A stretch of DNA of 54,304 nt from Minisyncoccia bacterium (GTDB lineage Bacteria; Patescibacteriota; Minisyncoccia; SW-4-49-11): NCBI GenBank assembly GCA_044356325.1, contig JBIKWJ010000001.1:1-54304 (forward strand). Reading direction: 5' to 3'. The number at the start of each line of letters is the position of its first letter. Position 1 is the stretch's first letter. The notes beneath the pieces were generated by a model. That model was not told the origin of the DNA and did not search any database. It saw nothing but the letters and a program-made list of their open reading frames with translations. Of this stretch, positions 33,101 to 42,349 are shown piece by piece. The translations under genes and the position numbers were made by a program.

Positions 33101-33245
33101 ATCGTTCTCTTTGGGGATTATTAGAATACGGAGCCTGTCTGCCAGCCAGGCAGGCAATATCTGGACCATAGAAATACTCATAGCCTTGAGCTACAAGGAT
33201 ATCTATCAAGGTCTGTTCTATATGGAATTCGTTGAGGGTAGTCAT
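30102..33245 (-). CDS. hsdR: Type I restriction endonuclease subunit R
   Basis: NGLPLVVVELK, WHTQGSGKS, DEAHRSQY, QAIARVNR. Confidence 0.97.
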   Translation of the reverse strand: MTTLNEFHIEQTLIDILVAQGYEYFYGPDIACLAGRQAPYSNNPQRERFDSVILENHLKESLKRLNPDIPESARYEAYQHIMNLGSSDVMANNEKFHTYLTDGITVEYVKDDATKGINVKLLDLENVSNNSFWAVNQLVIKEHNNEKRLDVVIYVNGLPLVVVELKNATDEKATLERAFTQIQNYKKAVPSIFYYNALCIISDGIDARMSSVSAPFERFVAWKSPEKKENGIVPEMQIMAEKMLVPEVLLRLIRYNTVFEQEEQKDEKTGLLSVVKIKKIAAYHQYYAVEKAVKETLRATDESEGNRKIGVIWHTQGSGKSLSMVFYTGQIVVEPMMKNPTIVILTDRNDLDDQLFTTFGNCKQLLRQTPVQAESREHLKELLKVAGGGIIFTTIQKFAPREGNVYETLSERSNIVVVADEAHRSQYGFKGREVETVDGSEIRYGNAKYLRDALPRASFIGFTGTPIEKEDRSTRNVFGNEIDIYDIKQAVDDGATVPISYESRLVKIKLNKELVNKIDYAIDEIVGATEEQKEKAKKKNAQIDAVVGHPDRLKDLAKDIVEHFEARQRTFEGKAMVVCMTRQIAVWLYQEIIALRPDWHSDELMQGKLKIVMTSSSDDPEDFQAHHTNKEDRKKLALRLKDSQDSLQMVIVQSMWLTGFDVPCLHTMYIDKKMQGANLMQAIARVNRVYKDKPGGLIVDYIGIGQDLRNAMGVYIQSGGEGDAVLDIAEVIASMKTKFEIVEQMFHGFEYKNYFQAESSEKLHILLGATNFILYDEKLKQRFLTEVTALSKLFAMAVPSFEAEQIRDEVALFQAIKARINKFTPSGGVSDSQVETAVRQIVEEALASDGVVDVFEAAGMKTPTLDILSEEFLLEVKNMEQKNLAFELLRKLLNDEVKLRKRKNMAQGKKFSEMLESVINRYHNNQIDTAQVIQELSEIARAMKLEDKKAEDIGLTPEEYAFYSVLAQNDSTKFLDDHKMKELIHVIVDIIRKNATVDWEKREDVRAKLRLTVKKILMRYGYPPDLARIEADKVLEQSELLAQELTQ

Positions 33246-33256
33246 AAGTAGTGTAT

Positions 33257-34279
33257 CTAAGTAATATTATGATTCAAATTATACTTTTTAGCAAACTGTT
33301 CCCATAAATCATCAGTGATATTTAAAAACTCTTTTATATTTTCATCTCTTCTAAAAATTTTAACAATCTCTTTATTTGCAATAGTAGAATTATAAATACA
33401 ATAATTATCCATTGAACTGTGTAATATTTGTATAAAATGGTCTTTTGAAAAAAATAGATAATACTTTTGTAATTCTTTTATAAATTCCCCCATATCATTA
33501 TAAGACTTATCTTCATTTAAATATGCTAATACAATATTTAAATCTTGTGTTGTAACAATAGTACCTATTGTCTCATTCGCTACAGAGTCAAATATAATTA
33601 ACCTTTTCTGAGATTTTTCTTTAAAAGACAATACCCAATTATTCTCAATATTTAACCATTTTTCTTCATACTCAATACCCTCATATGTTTCTTGGATTTG
33701 TTGCAATATATAGTCACTAGGTATATTTAAACCTATATTTTTTTCAAATTCTTCAAAGTTTTCTATCACTTTAATATTTGGATGTTTTTGTAATGCTGTT
33801 TGAAATACCTTATCTTTTGTACATACAAAAACATACTTATCTGGTATAGTTTGTAAATATTCTAAAATTGTAAAATAGATATAAGTATCTTTAAACCCTT
33901 TTCCACCCGTTTGAAATGGTGGAAGTTCTTTAATTGCTAACTCTCTTATTTGATCCAATACTGAATGATTTTTTAAATGTATTATGGTATACTTTATATC
34001 TTCTTTGTTTTCTAATTCCGTAATATGTGCTTCATTATCAAAGTTTTCCGTATCTTCTTGATTGATATTTCTTAACCAATGAAAAGGATTCTTCAAAAAT
34101 AATCCCTTATTCTTTTCAAGCTCTTTTCTTTTTTGACATTTTAACTCTTCAATTACTAGGTCTGGTAAAATAATTTCTGCTATTTCTGCAAACTTTTGAA
34201 GCTCAACTCTACCCCCAAGAAAGGACTCGGGGTTAGTATCTTTAATAATATTAGTGTCAAAAATTACTTTTACTTTCAT
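33257..34279 (-). CDS. PIN-like domain protein (DUF4935-like)
   Basis: VIFDTN, VIEEL, PPF..KGFKDTYIY, TKD acidic pattern. Confidence 0.8.
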   Translation of the reverse strand: MKVKVIFDTNIIKDTNPESFLGGRVELQKFAEIAEIILPDLVIEELKCQKRKELEKNKGLFLKNPFHWLRNINQEDTENFDNEAHITELENKEDIKYTIIHLKNHSVLDQIRELAIKELPPFQTGGKGFKDTYIYFTILEYLQTIPDKYVFVCTKDKVFQTALQKHPNIKVIENFEEFEKNIGLNIPSDYILQQIQETYEGIEYEEKWLNIENNWVLSFKEKSQKRLIIFDSVANETIGTIVTTQDLNIVLAYLNEDKSYNDMGEFIKELQKYYLFFSKDHFIQILHSSMDNYCIYNSTIANKEIVKIFRRDENIKEFLNITDDLWEQFAKKYNLNHNIT

Positions 34280-35022
34280 CTATTTATCAAATCATAAGCT
34301 AGACTTGCTAAAACAATATAATGAATTGCTAAATTTTTATCTAATTCTTGTGCTGGGGTATGAGCTTTTTGATTTCTTAAATTCTGTATAGCCATGTGTA
34401 AATATTTCACTCCTTCAAAAAAATCTTTCTCAGCATCATTTTGTGGTTTATGTCCAAAAATAGTTTCAAGATTATCCTCCTTAAATGCTTCATGAGCTTT
34501 TTCTTTACCAGTAATCAATTTTAACTTCTCTCTAACTATTTTATATGATTCTTCCACAGCATTAAAATAATGTCCTGAATTGAGCAAAGTTTTAACATGA
34601 TCGAAGACCTCTTTTTGTAAAACAATTGAAATTGTATTATCTAAGAAGTTGGCTTCCGAAATTTTTTCAATACTAATGTCTTCTCCAAAAAGTTTTTGTC
34701 CAATTTCTTTTCCTTTTTTGATTAAGTTTTCATTAAAATCAGCTACATTCAAGTTTTGAATGAGAATCTGATTTTCAATATACTCAATAAGTTTTAAAAT
34801 ACTTTTTCCAACAATCCTATCATCAGCAACAGCCCAAAATCCACGAATACGATTTGCTTTTGAGCCACTTGCGTAGTTGTATTTTTTATCATAAATATTT
34901 ATCCCAACATCATCTATAAAAAATTCACCCATAGTACGATCAGAAAAATCCAACACATACCCACCACCCATCTGGAATAATTTTTCTAGTAGTTGTTTCT
35001 CAATAGTTGTTAAATTTGCCAT
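34276..35022 (-). CDS. TIGR02391-like protein with Abi-associated N-terminal domain
   Basis: MGGGYVLDFSDRT..SGSKANR N-terminus; YFNAVEESYK and LRNQKAH C-terminus. Confidence 0.75.
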   Translation of the reverse strand: MANLTTIEKQLLEKLFQMGGGYVLDFSDRTMGEFFIDDVGINIYDKKYNYASGSKANRIRGFWAVADDRIVGKSILKLIEYIENQILIQNLNVADFNENLIKKGKEIGQKLFGEDISIEKISEANFLDNTISIVLQKEVFDHVKTLLNSGHYFNAVEESYKIVREKLKLITGKEKAHEAFKEDNLETIFGHKPQNDAEKDFFEGVKYLHMAIQNLRNQKAHTPAQELDKNLAIHYIVLASLAYDLINR

Positions 35023-35031
35023 AAAATTGTT

Positions 35032-36357
35032 CTATTCAAATCCATTCACCCTCACCGCTCCACTCATCAATTTCGGTAACAACTCATCACGACTACGAGC
35101 GAGAGATTGAATTTCATGTAAATTATCCAAAATTTTTGTGAAAATTGAATTGGTAGTATTATGAAAATTTTCCAATACTTCTTGATTTGGTAGCATAATT
35201 TCTATATTTGAAAATGTAGAAGTGTTGATGTTTAATGTTGCAGAGCCACCACTACCAATAGCTAATAAATCACTTTTCATATTTGTTAGTGCAAAATACA
35301 AGTATTCAAGGTATTTTCCATCATTTGGAACAATAGAATTTATCTGCTGATTTGTTTGAGAATCTTTGCTTGTAATTGTAACTAAACCAACTGTTGCAAT
35401 ACAACTCACACAAATTGCATTTTTTGGAATGAATTTATTTTTTTGTGTATTTGCTCCAAGCTCTGTTAAAGAATCTTCTGTTTTTACAATAAAAACTTCT
35501 CCGTGCATATCGGGAATTTTTATAAACGGAATTTCACCTCCAAAATATTCCTTATTTTCTTTTGATGGTGTTTTTCCACAAACAATTTGTCCAACTTCCC
35601 CCAACTTCCCAACTCTCCACCCTTCTGGTAAATCACCTGCCTGCGCCGAGTCTTCGGCAAGCAGGTCATCCACTCCATATTTCCCACCTGCCTGCCGACT
35701 AGGCAGGAACCATTCTTTAAATATGGTCTGCCCCATCTCTTCCAATGTTTTATTTTGCTCTCTTAATAGCTCAATCTTATCATCAAAGCTACTTAATACT
35801 GAGGCGATGGCTTTTTGTTCTGGAAGAGGAGGGAGAAGAAAAGAATAATTTCTTAATTGAGCCAATCCAACATTTTTAATCGTGCTTCCATTTGCATTTT
35901 TTGAAATATCATATTGAAACCTATTTTCAAACATTAAATAATAAACAAAATCAACACTAACATCATTCTTTATATTAAAATAAGCAGCACTTTTTCCTAA
36001 AATACATTTTTCATTCCTATATTTTGCTAAATTTCCAATAGTTCCATTAATTGATAGTAAGACTGTTCTTTCATTTAGATCTTTTTTATACTTATCGAAT
36101 TCTATTTGATCAATTTTTTTAGTGTCTTGTTTAATTTCAATTTTACCATTTACTATATTATTTCCATTGATAAAAAAATATTCTCCATCTTCTGAATATT
36201 TAGGAGTTCCATGTAATCCATCTCCGATTTTCTCACAAACCTCCCCCAAAGTCGTCTCTACCCAATCTGTGGGCGAATAATCCACCCCGTCCTGCTTTGC
36301 AGTCCACCCCTCAAGAGGGGAATCTTTTGTTACCGTCTGTGAGGTGTTATCAGCCAT
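35032..36357 (-). CDS. hsdS: Type I R-M specificity subunit
   Basis: Two TRDs, LPPLPEQKAIA, LPEGW, RDELLPKLMSG; start placed at MADNT just after the rhuM stop. Confidence 0.95.
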   Translation of the reverse strand: MADNTSQTVTKDSPLEGWTAKQDGVDYSPTDWVETTLGEVCEKIGDGLHGTPKYSEDGEYFFINGNNIVNGKIEIKQDTKKIDQIEFDKYKKDLNERTVLLSINGTIGNLAKYRNEKCILGKSAAYFNIKNDVSVDFVYYLMFENRFQYDISKNANGSTIKNVGLAQLRNYSFLLPPLPEQKAIASVLSSFDDKIELLREQNKTLEEMGQTIFKEWFLPSRQAGGKYGVDDLLAEDSAQAGDLPEGWRVGKLGEVGQIVCGKTPSKENKEYFGGEIPFIKIPDMHGEVFIVKTEDSLTELGANTQKNKFIPKNAICVSCIATVGLVTITSKDSQTNQQINSIVPNDGKYLEYLYFALTNMKSDLLAIGSGGSATLNINTSTFSNIEIMLPNQEVLENFHNTTNSIFTKILDNLHEIQSLARSRDELLPKLMSGAVRVNGFE

Positions 36358-36358
36358 A

Positions 36359-37363
36359 TTATTTCTTGCCTTGTAATTTTTTGACCAATTCTTTTTCAAA
36401 GTCTGAGTGGATTTTTTGGGTTTTGTTAAACTCTTTGTATTCGGATAATGCCTTTTTTTGTGCCTGCTCTTGGGAAATTTTGCCTTTACCATCTAGAATT
36501 TTGAACTCATTAAAGCTCAAGAATTTGATTACACTATTTGCAAAACTTGCCATATCAAATGTAGTTTGATTCTCGATAATATTTTCTATATAGTCAAAAA
36601 ATGCCGATACAGTTCGCTCCAGTTTTTTGATTTCTTCCTGGGAAAGATAATTCTTAGCAATTTTTACATCTGATTGAAGTATTCTGCCAGATGGGGAATT
36701 TCTCCATGTTGTCAGTCCCATATTTTCCTTATCTTTATCTGCTTTGGAATAGACAATTTCCGCTGCGGTTTGTCCTGTTATCGCATAGTGAAACAGGTTT
36801 TGAACAGTTGCATAAAACTCTTTTGCTTCTGGAGATTTAGGATTATAATCAGAACTACATTCTGCAAATATATCGGTTATTTGTAAATAGATTCTTCTTT
36901 CACTTGCTCGAATTGATCGTACTCTCTCTAATAATTCTTTGAAGTAATCTTTACTAAAGACCTGTTCACCTTGCTTTAGCCTATCATCATCCAGTACAAA
37001 TCCTTTGATGATAAAATCTTTTAATACACTGGTAGCCCAAATACGAAATTGTGTTGCTCTTGCTGAATTAACTCGATATCCAACAGAGATAATAGCATCA
37101 AGATTATAAAATTTTGTTTTATATTTTTTCCCATCGCTGGCAGTATGTTCCAAAATGGAACTAACTGAATTTTCGTTTAATTCTCCATCCGTAAAAATAT
37201 TTCCTAAGTGTTTTGTAATTGCTGGTCTTTGTACTCCAAAAAGCTCTGCCATTCTTTCTTGTGTCAACCAAAGATTTTCATTATGCAAAAAAACATCTAA
37301 ATGCACGTCACCGTCATCAGATTGGTAAAGAATGAAATTTGACTGTTGTTTCAAATCTTTCAT
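36359..37363 (-). CDS. RhuM family protein
   Basis: YNLDAIISVGYRVNS, ATQFRIWAT, IRASERR. Confidence 0.93.
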   Translation of the reverse strand: MKDLKQQSNFILYQSDDGDVHLDVFLHNENLWLTQERMAELFGVQRPAITKHLGNIFTDGELNENSVSSILEHTASDGKKYKTKFYNLDAIISVGYRVNSARATQFRIWATSVLKDFIIKGFVLDDDRLKQGEQVFSKDYFKELLERVRSIRASERRIYLQITDIFAECSSDYNPKSPEAKEFYATVQNLFHYAITGQTAAEIVYSKADKDKENMGLTTWRNSPSGRILQSDVKIAKNYLSQEEIKKLERTVSAFFDYIENIIENQTTFDMASFANSVIKFLSFNEFKILDGKGKISQEQAQKKALSEYKEFNKTQKIHSDFEKELVKKLQGKK

Positions 37364-37365
37364 AT

Positions 37366-38880
37366 TTATTCTAAATCAAATCCAATTTTAGCAAGTTGCT
37401 TTTTGATTTCTGCATTCATTTTCTCTTCTTTGGCGAATTGTTCGGCAAGAGTAGTAGTGAGTTTATGCATTTTATCTTCAAATGGTATTCCATCATCTTC
37501 TGCATCTTTAATCCCTACATAGCGACCAGGTGTAAGAACAAAACCATGTTTCTCTACTTCTTCTCTTTGTGCTGACTTACAAAAGCCTTTTATATCCTCG
37601 TATTGTTCAGGATTTTTTCGCCAATTATGATAGGTGTTGGCAATAGTGTCTATATCTTCTTCAGTAAATTCTCTATGAACTCGGTCTTTGAGGAATCCCA
37701 TATCTGATGCATCGATGAAGAGAATTTCTTTATTGCGTGTTGTTCTTTCTCTTCTCAATATCCAAATACAGGCGGGTATTCCGGTATTATAAAAAAGTTG
37801 CTTTGGGAGTGCAACGATACATTCCACCAAATCATATTGAATCAGGGTTTTGCGAATTTCTCCTTCTCCTGAAGTATTGGAGCTAAGGCTTCCATTAGCA
37901 AGTACAGTTGCCATTACTCCGTGAGGTGCGAGGTGATATAACATATGCTCCATCCATCCAAAATTAGCATTTCCTGCTGGTGGTTTTCCATATTTCCATC
38001 TTGCATCATCTTGAAGTATATCTACTCCCCAATCTGATTGATTAAATGGAGGGTTTGCGAGGATATAATCGGCTTTGAGGTCAGGATGTGCATCTTTCAA
38101 GAAACTTCCTTCGGTATTCCAAGCTACAAATTGTGAGTTTATATTACGGATTGCAAGATTCATTTTGGAGAGCTTCCAAGTTGTTTGATTGGATTCTTGT
38201 CCATAAATAGTGATATCTTTGATATTTCCTGAGTGTTCTTGTACAAATTTTTCACTCATCACAAACATTCCCCCAGAACCACAGGCGGGATCATATACTC
38301 TTCCTTTATACGGCTCTATCATCTCTACCATCAATTTGACAATAGATTTTGGAGTATAGAATTGTCCTCCCTTTTTCCCTTCAGCATTAGCAAATTCTCC
38401 AAGGAAATATTCATATACTCTTCCAAACAAATCTTTGGATTTAGTATTTTCTACTTGTAATTCTGTATTAGAAATAAGGTCAATCAATTGTCCGAGTGAG
38501 GCTTTATCTAAATTAGGCTTCCCAAATACTTTTGGGAGTACATTTTTGAGCTCGGGATTTTCTTTCTCGATTGCCTCCATAGCATTATCTAACTCTTGTC
38601 CAATAGTTGGGAGTTTTGCTTTGGCTTGGAGATTTTTCCATCTTGCCTGTTCGGGCACAAAGAAAATATTCTCAGAAATATATTCATCTCTATCCTCTGG
38701 ATCACTAAATTCATCCTGAGCTAATTTGTCATAAAGTTCTTGAAAAGATTCAGAAATATATTTAAGAAAAATAAGTCCAAGAGCTACATTCTTATATTCT
38801 GCCGCATCAATATTTTTACGAAGTTTATCTGCTGCTTTGAATAATTGTGCTTCAAAATGGAGATTTTGACCTTGTGCCAT
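37366..38880 (-). CDS. hsdM: Type I R-M methyltransferase subunit
   Basis: [26 protein letters not shown]. Confidence 0.97.
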   Translation of the reverse strand: MAQGQNLHFEAQLFKAADKLRKNIDAAEYKNVALGLIFLKYISESFQELYDKLAQDEFSDPEDRDEYISENIFFVPEQARWKNLQAKAKLPTIGQELDNAMEAIEKENPELKNVLPKVFGKPNLDKASLGQLIDLISNTELQVENTKSKDLFGRVYEYFLGEFANAEGKKGGQFYTPKSIVKLMVEMIEPYKGRVYDPACGSGGMFVMSEKFVQEHSGNIKDITIYGQESNQTTWKLSKMNLAIRNINSQFVAWNTEGSFLKDAHPDLKADYILANPPFNQSDWGVDILQDDARWKYGKPPAGNANFGWMEHMLYHLAPHGVMATVLANGSLSSNTSGEGEIRKTLIQYDLVECIVALPKQLFYNTGIPACIWILRRERTTRNKEILFIDASDMGFLKDRVHREFTEEDIDTIANTYHNWRKNPEQYEDIKGFCKSAQREEVEKHGFVLTPGRYVGIKDAEDDGIPFEDKMHKLTTTLAEQFAKEEKMNAEIKKQLAKIGFDLE

Positions 38881-38992
38881 AAAAAAAATATATATTATTT
38901 ACCCCTATTATACCATATCCCCCACCTTTTGAGGAGTGATTATCTCATAAAAAATATATATTACACAGAATTATCTATGTAATGTGTCGTGA

Positions 38993-39595
38993 TTATTGTA
39001 TATCTAGTAAATCTTTTAACTTTTTACCTTTATATTGCCAATAGGCTGCTCCGTGATAGGCTCCACTTTTATTGCTATTACCTTTTTGTTGATATATCTT
39101 TCGGGTTAATGGGGATAATTTGAAAATTTGTCCCCCATATTCTACATCTCTCTCACCTACGACTTTTGCTGTGATATCTTTATCTGCTATGAATATTATT
39201 TCCTCTCCATCTTGTATGCCTTTTCTATAAAAACTAAATTTTGCACTTTGCTCTCTGGATTTTGAAATTTCATCGAATTCTTTTTCTTTATCTATATCTT
39301 TTGGATATATTACTTTTCCTTCAAAGGATAGGAGTAATTGTTTTACCAAATCATAGTCTAGCGCGAATAACTCACTGTCTCCTACTCTGTGTTTGGTGAA
39401 AATTTCTTTGAGTAGATTTTCTTTATATGTATAGTCTTCTAGTTCTATTGCAAAGAATCTCTTTAATCCTGAGACATTGTAGTATCCATTTGATTCTAGA
39501 TTTCTCATCCTTTCTTGATAATTTTGACTGCCTGTTTGTCCTATTTTTATTAGTCCATCGACTACTGTTGTCATTATATAGACTACTCCTTTCAT
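38993..39595 (-). CDS. GIY-YIG (T5orf172-like) nuclease domain protein
   Basis: GVVYIM..IKIGQT..ERM..ELF; C-terminal GAAYWQYKG domain. Confidence 0.8.
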   Translation of the reverse strand: MKGVVYIMTTVVDGLIKIGQTGSQNYQERMRNLESNGYYNVSGLKRFFAIELEDYTYKENLLKEIFTKHRVGDSELFALDYDLVKQLLLSFEGKVIYPKDIDKEKEFDEISKSREQSAKFSFYRKGIQDGEEIIFIADKDITAKVVGERDVEYGGQIFKLSPLTRKIYQQKGNSNKSGAYHGAAYWQYKGKKLKDLLDIQ

Positions 39596-39755
39596 AGATT
39601 ATGTGAATTTAATGATTGTTTGTATTATAGCATGTTTTTAGGTTGAATTACTAGCCGAATACATCCTCCTCCACCTTTCAGGAAACCCTCCTAAACAACG
39701 TATAGGAGGGACTTAAAGCTCCTCTCACAAGGGAGGACAGTTTATGGAGTAAAAT

Positions 39756-39783
39756 AAAAACCGATGCGCGGGGCATCGGTTTG
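39756..39783 (-). terminator. Intrinsic terminator of the NblA-like cassette
   Basis: Minus strand AAACCGATGC-CCCGC-GCATCGGTTTTT. Confidence 0.8.
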
Positions 39784-39800
39784 AACATTGTAGTGACAGA

Positions 39801-40034
39801 CTATGAACTATCTTGAGAGAATGAATCAGGGTATAAACTTGCATCAGATCGAGCAGGGGCACCGAACTGTTGACGCATTACCCATTGAGTAGCTGCTTTC
39901 TGAGCTTGCCAAGCCTGAGCTAATTGCTTACATAGTCCACGTAAGACTTGAGGATCTCCAGTGGCGTCAATCGCTCGAGTCATTCGCTCAAGTTCAAACT
40001 TCTGAAAATCTGACAATTGCATAGAATCATTCAT
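39801..40034 (-). CDS. NblA-like small helical protein (cassette 5)
   Basis: MNDSMQLSDFQKFELERM..LCKQLAQAW..ATQWVMRQQFG; LSxxQxF motif and two-helix pattern; promoter TTGACA-N17-TAATCT at 40088-40060. Confidence 0.6.
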   Translation of the reverse strand: MNDSMQLSDFQKFELERMTRAIDATGDPQVLRGLCKQLAQAWQAQKAATQWVMRQQFGAPARSDASLYPDSFSQDSS

Positions 40035-40161
40035 GACTACACATGCAAAGAGCATATTTAGATTACCCAAATTATCTTATTCTGTCAATATATAGTAGAA
40101 GGTTTTGATTTGACAATATGGGAATACTTATACTGATACATGAAATTTGTTCTTTTTGTCT

Positions 40162-40270
40162 ATGAACAAACTCCGTCCTGAATTAGCAAGATCTCAAATT
40201 ATTGAGCTCATTCGTAGAACTGTAATATATAGAGTACAACAAGACTTGGAAAAGTCAAATAACAAACGCA
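40162..40270 (+). pseudogene. Possible truncated small ORF interrupted by a repeat
   Basis: MNKLRPELARSQIIELIRR.. runs into the composite repeat at about 40270. Confidence 0.3.
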
Positions 40271-40356
40271 CCCCTCAATTTATCTCCATCCCTACGGGAG
40301 GTAAACCCGTAGGTGGAGAGGGGAATTTAAAAAGCCACCTTTTGGGGTGGCTTGGG
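40270..40356. repeat. Composite repeat with nested insert and terminator-like hairpin
   Basis: Closely matches about 42441-42530; nested part also at about 43687-43741. Confidence 0.85.
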
Positions 40357-40439
40357 GGGAATTATATTTTTATGTTATATGTATTTGATATTCTTGGAAA
40401 AATTATATATAATTACCAAGGTTATCTCCAAATTATCCC

Positions 40440-40724
40440 ATGGATCCACAAATTGCTAACAAACACCGGTCTGCTGTGTTGTTGATAAGAGAAATTATTA
40501 TTTGTGTTAGAAAAAATCAGAAAACAATAAGTAAAGCTCAGTTGATAGATCTTTTAGCAGAGCACCTAGAGACAGAAGAATATTTAAATTACACACAAAA
40601 TATTCTTCTAGTAAATTGTAGAGACAATGATATCCTCACAATAGATGGACAAACTAATAATGTGAGATTTCCAAAACGAAGAGATGGAACCGGGAATGTC
40701 ATAGAGTATCATTATATAAAATAA
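40440..40724 (+). CDS. Hypothetical protein (cassette 6)
   Basis: Promoter GTTAT-N6-TTGATA-N17-TATAAT at 40374-40413; terminator GAGCTCGGG..CTCGAGCTTTTT at about 40744-40772. Confidence 0.7.
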   Translation: MDPQIANKHRSAVLLIREIIICVRKNQKTISKAQLIDLLAEHLETEEYLNYTQNILLVNCRDNDILTIDGQTNNVRFPKRRDGTGNVIEYHYIK

Positions 40725-40823
40725 AGTATCATTTTGAGTAAATGAGCTCGGGTATAAAACTCGAGCTTTTTTATAATCAAAAAAGCCACTCTCTGGGAGG
40801 GTGGCTTGGGAGAAGAAAGGGTC

Positions 40824-41141
40824 TCAGATTTGCTCTTTGGGAACAAGTCCAAGCCTCTGAACCTCGGATTTGAGATGACAGACTTCGGGTCGAGGCTCAT
40901 CCTTCGGCCAAGTGTCTCCGAGGGAGACAAAGCCTGCCCAGGGTTGTTCCACATACTCCCCACAATTAATCGGTCGAGGGTTGGCTCCATCCCTGATAGC
41001 CGTCCGCATGGCCTCCAAACGGGATTCGGCTCGAGTGGCACGCTCAGAGAGCGGGCATATATACAGGTATAAAGTTAGAGCGGATGTCGCCATCACAGCT
41101 CCTACTATGGTGTAGAGAAACACAGGCGTACTAATGGTCAT
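40824..41141 (-). CDS. Membrane-anchored Cys-containing hypothetical protein (cassette 7)
   Basis: Visibly GC-richer ORF with N-terminal TM; TTGACA promoter at 41211; terminator at about 40779-40807; alternative GTG start at 41150. Confidence 0.7.
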   Translation of the reverse strand: MTISTPVFLYTIVGAVMATSALTLYLYICPLSERATRAESRLEAMRTAIRDGANPRPINCGEYVEQPWAGFVSLGDTWPKDEPRPEVCHLKSEVQRLGLVPKEQI

Positions 41142-41351
41142 GATGTACACCCCCCTTAGGGGGAGAGATAAATGGTCGTGTTATATATAGCATATTTTTA
41201 CATTTTGTCAATAGTAGTGGTCAACTTTTAATACAAAAAAGAGCAATCCACCCTCCCCTTCGGGTACTCCCTCCTAAGGGAGACAGAAGTTCAAAGGAGA
41301 GGGTAAAACAAATACAGGCGACTGGGAGGTCGCCCCTACGAAGAAATATAA

Positions 41352-42212
41352 TCACTCTAAATCTTTTACTCTATTCAATAAATCTTGTACTGAACTTGTG
41401 TCTAATAGACTGAAGGCGAAGAGTTTTTTGCCTAAATCTTTGAGCGAGGCGCCTAGATGATAGATTTCTTTTTGGTCTATTATTAGGAATCTATCATGGC
41501 TTTTGTTGAATTTCTTTAGCTTAAAGTTTCCATATTGCTGATTGACTTTCTGTATATCTAGCTCTAATTCCTTACTTATTGGATGGGTTAATATAAGGGC
41601 TTTTACTTTTGGGTTCTTTTTGGCTAGATGTATTAGGGTGCTCTCGTCTATATAATTGTCTATAAGGATTATATGTGTCTTGGCTTTGCGAATTATCTTT
41701 GAGAATAATTCATAGGCATCGAATACTTGTCCTTCGAAGAATATGCCTTGGGTGGGGATGGTATTGGTATGTATTTGCAAGTCTATTTGATTTACTTTTT
41801 CACTCAAAGATTGAATATTATCTTCTATTCTGTTTATCCGATTATTCAGTGCATAGCCTTTGAGTAAATAGTCTCGTAAAATATTGGTTGCCCAGATGCG
41901 AAATTGTGTACCTTGTTTTGATTTTACTCGGTACCCTACTGATATTATAACATCTAGATTGTAATACTCCACTTGGCGCTCAACCTTTCTGCCTCCTTCA
42001 TTTTGAACTGTCGCAAATTTTGCGACAGTTGCTATATTATCTAGTTCTCCTTCCGAAAAAACATTATTGATGTGTTTACCAAGAGTTTTTACATCTCTAC
42101 CAAAAAGCAAAGCCATTTGCTGTCTGTTTAACCAAACAGTTTCGTGTTTAAGCATTACTTCTATATGCTCATCTAAATCATCTGGTCTATATAAAATAAT
42201 TTCATTTTTCAT
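41352..42212 (-). CDS. RhuM-like domain protein with C-terminal PLD-like nuclease domain
   Basis: YNLDVIISVGYRV, FRIWAT; LIDNYID and HDRFLIID..GASLKDLG. Confidence 0.85.
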   Translation of the reverse strand: MKNEIILYRPDDLDEHIEVMLKHETVWLNRQQMALLFGRDVKTLGKHINNVFSEGELDNIATVAKFATVQNEGGRKVERQVEYYNLDVIISVGYRVKSKQGTQFRIWATNILRDYLLKGYALNNRINRIEDNIQSLSEKVNQIDLQIHTNTIPTQGIFFEGQVFDAYELFSKIIRKAKTHIILIDNYIDESTLIHLAKKNPKVKALILTHPISKELELDIQKVNQQYGNFKLKKFNKSHDRFLIIDQKEIYHLGASLKDLGKKLFAFSLLDTSSVQDLLNRVKDLE

Positions 42213-42349
42213 ATTTTAATTTAATGTATGGTTTTATTATAGAATATAACTAAAGAATAGTGAATTATTATTTTCCATAGTGGATAAGTTTATATTTATT
42301 TATAAGTTTGTATTATAGCATATTTGAGGTTGAATTGGGAGCCGAACAC

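Noticed and set aside
36358-36492. N-terminal extension of HsdS in the ORF track
   Set aside because: Overlaps rhuM out of frame; the ATG at 36357 follows the rhuM stop directly
40712-41115. Three alternative ORFs overlapping cassette 7
   Set aside because: Only the 40824-41150 minus frame sits between the promoter and terminator
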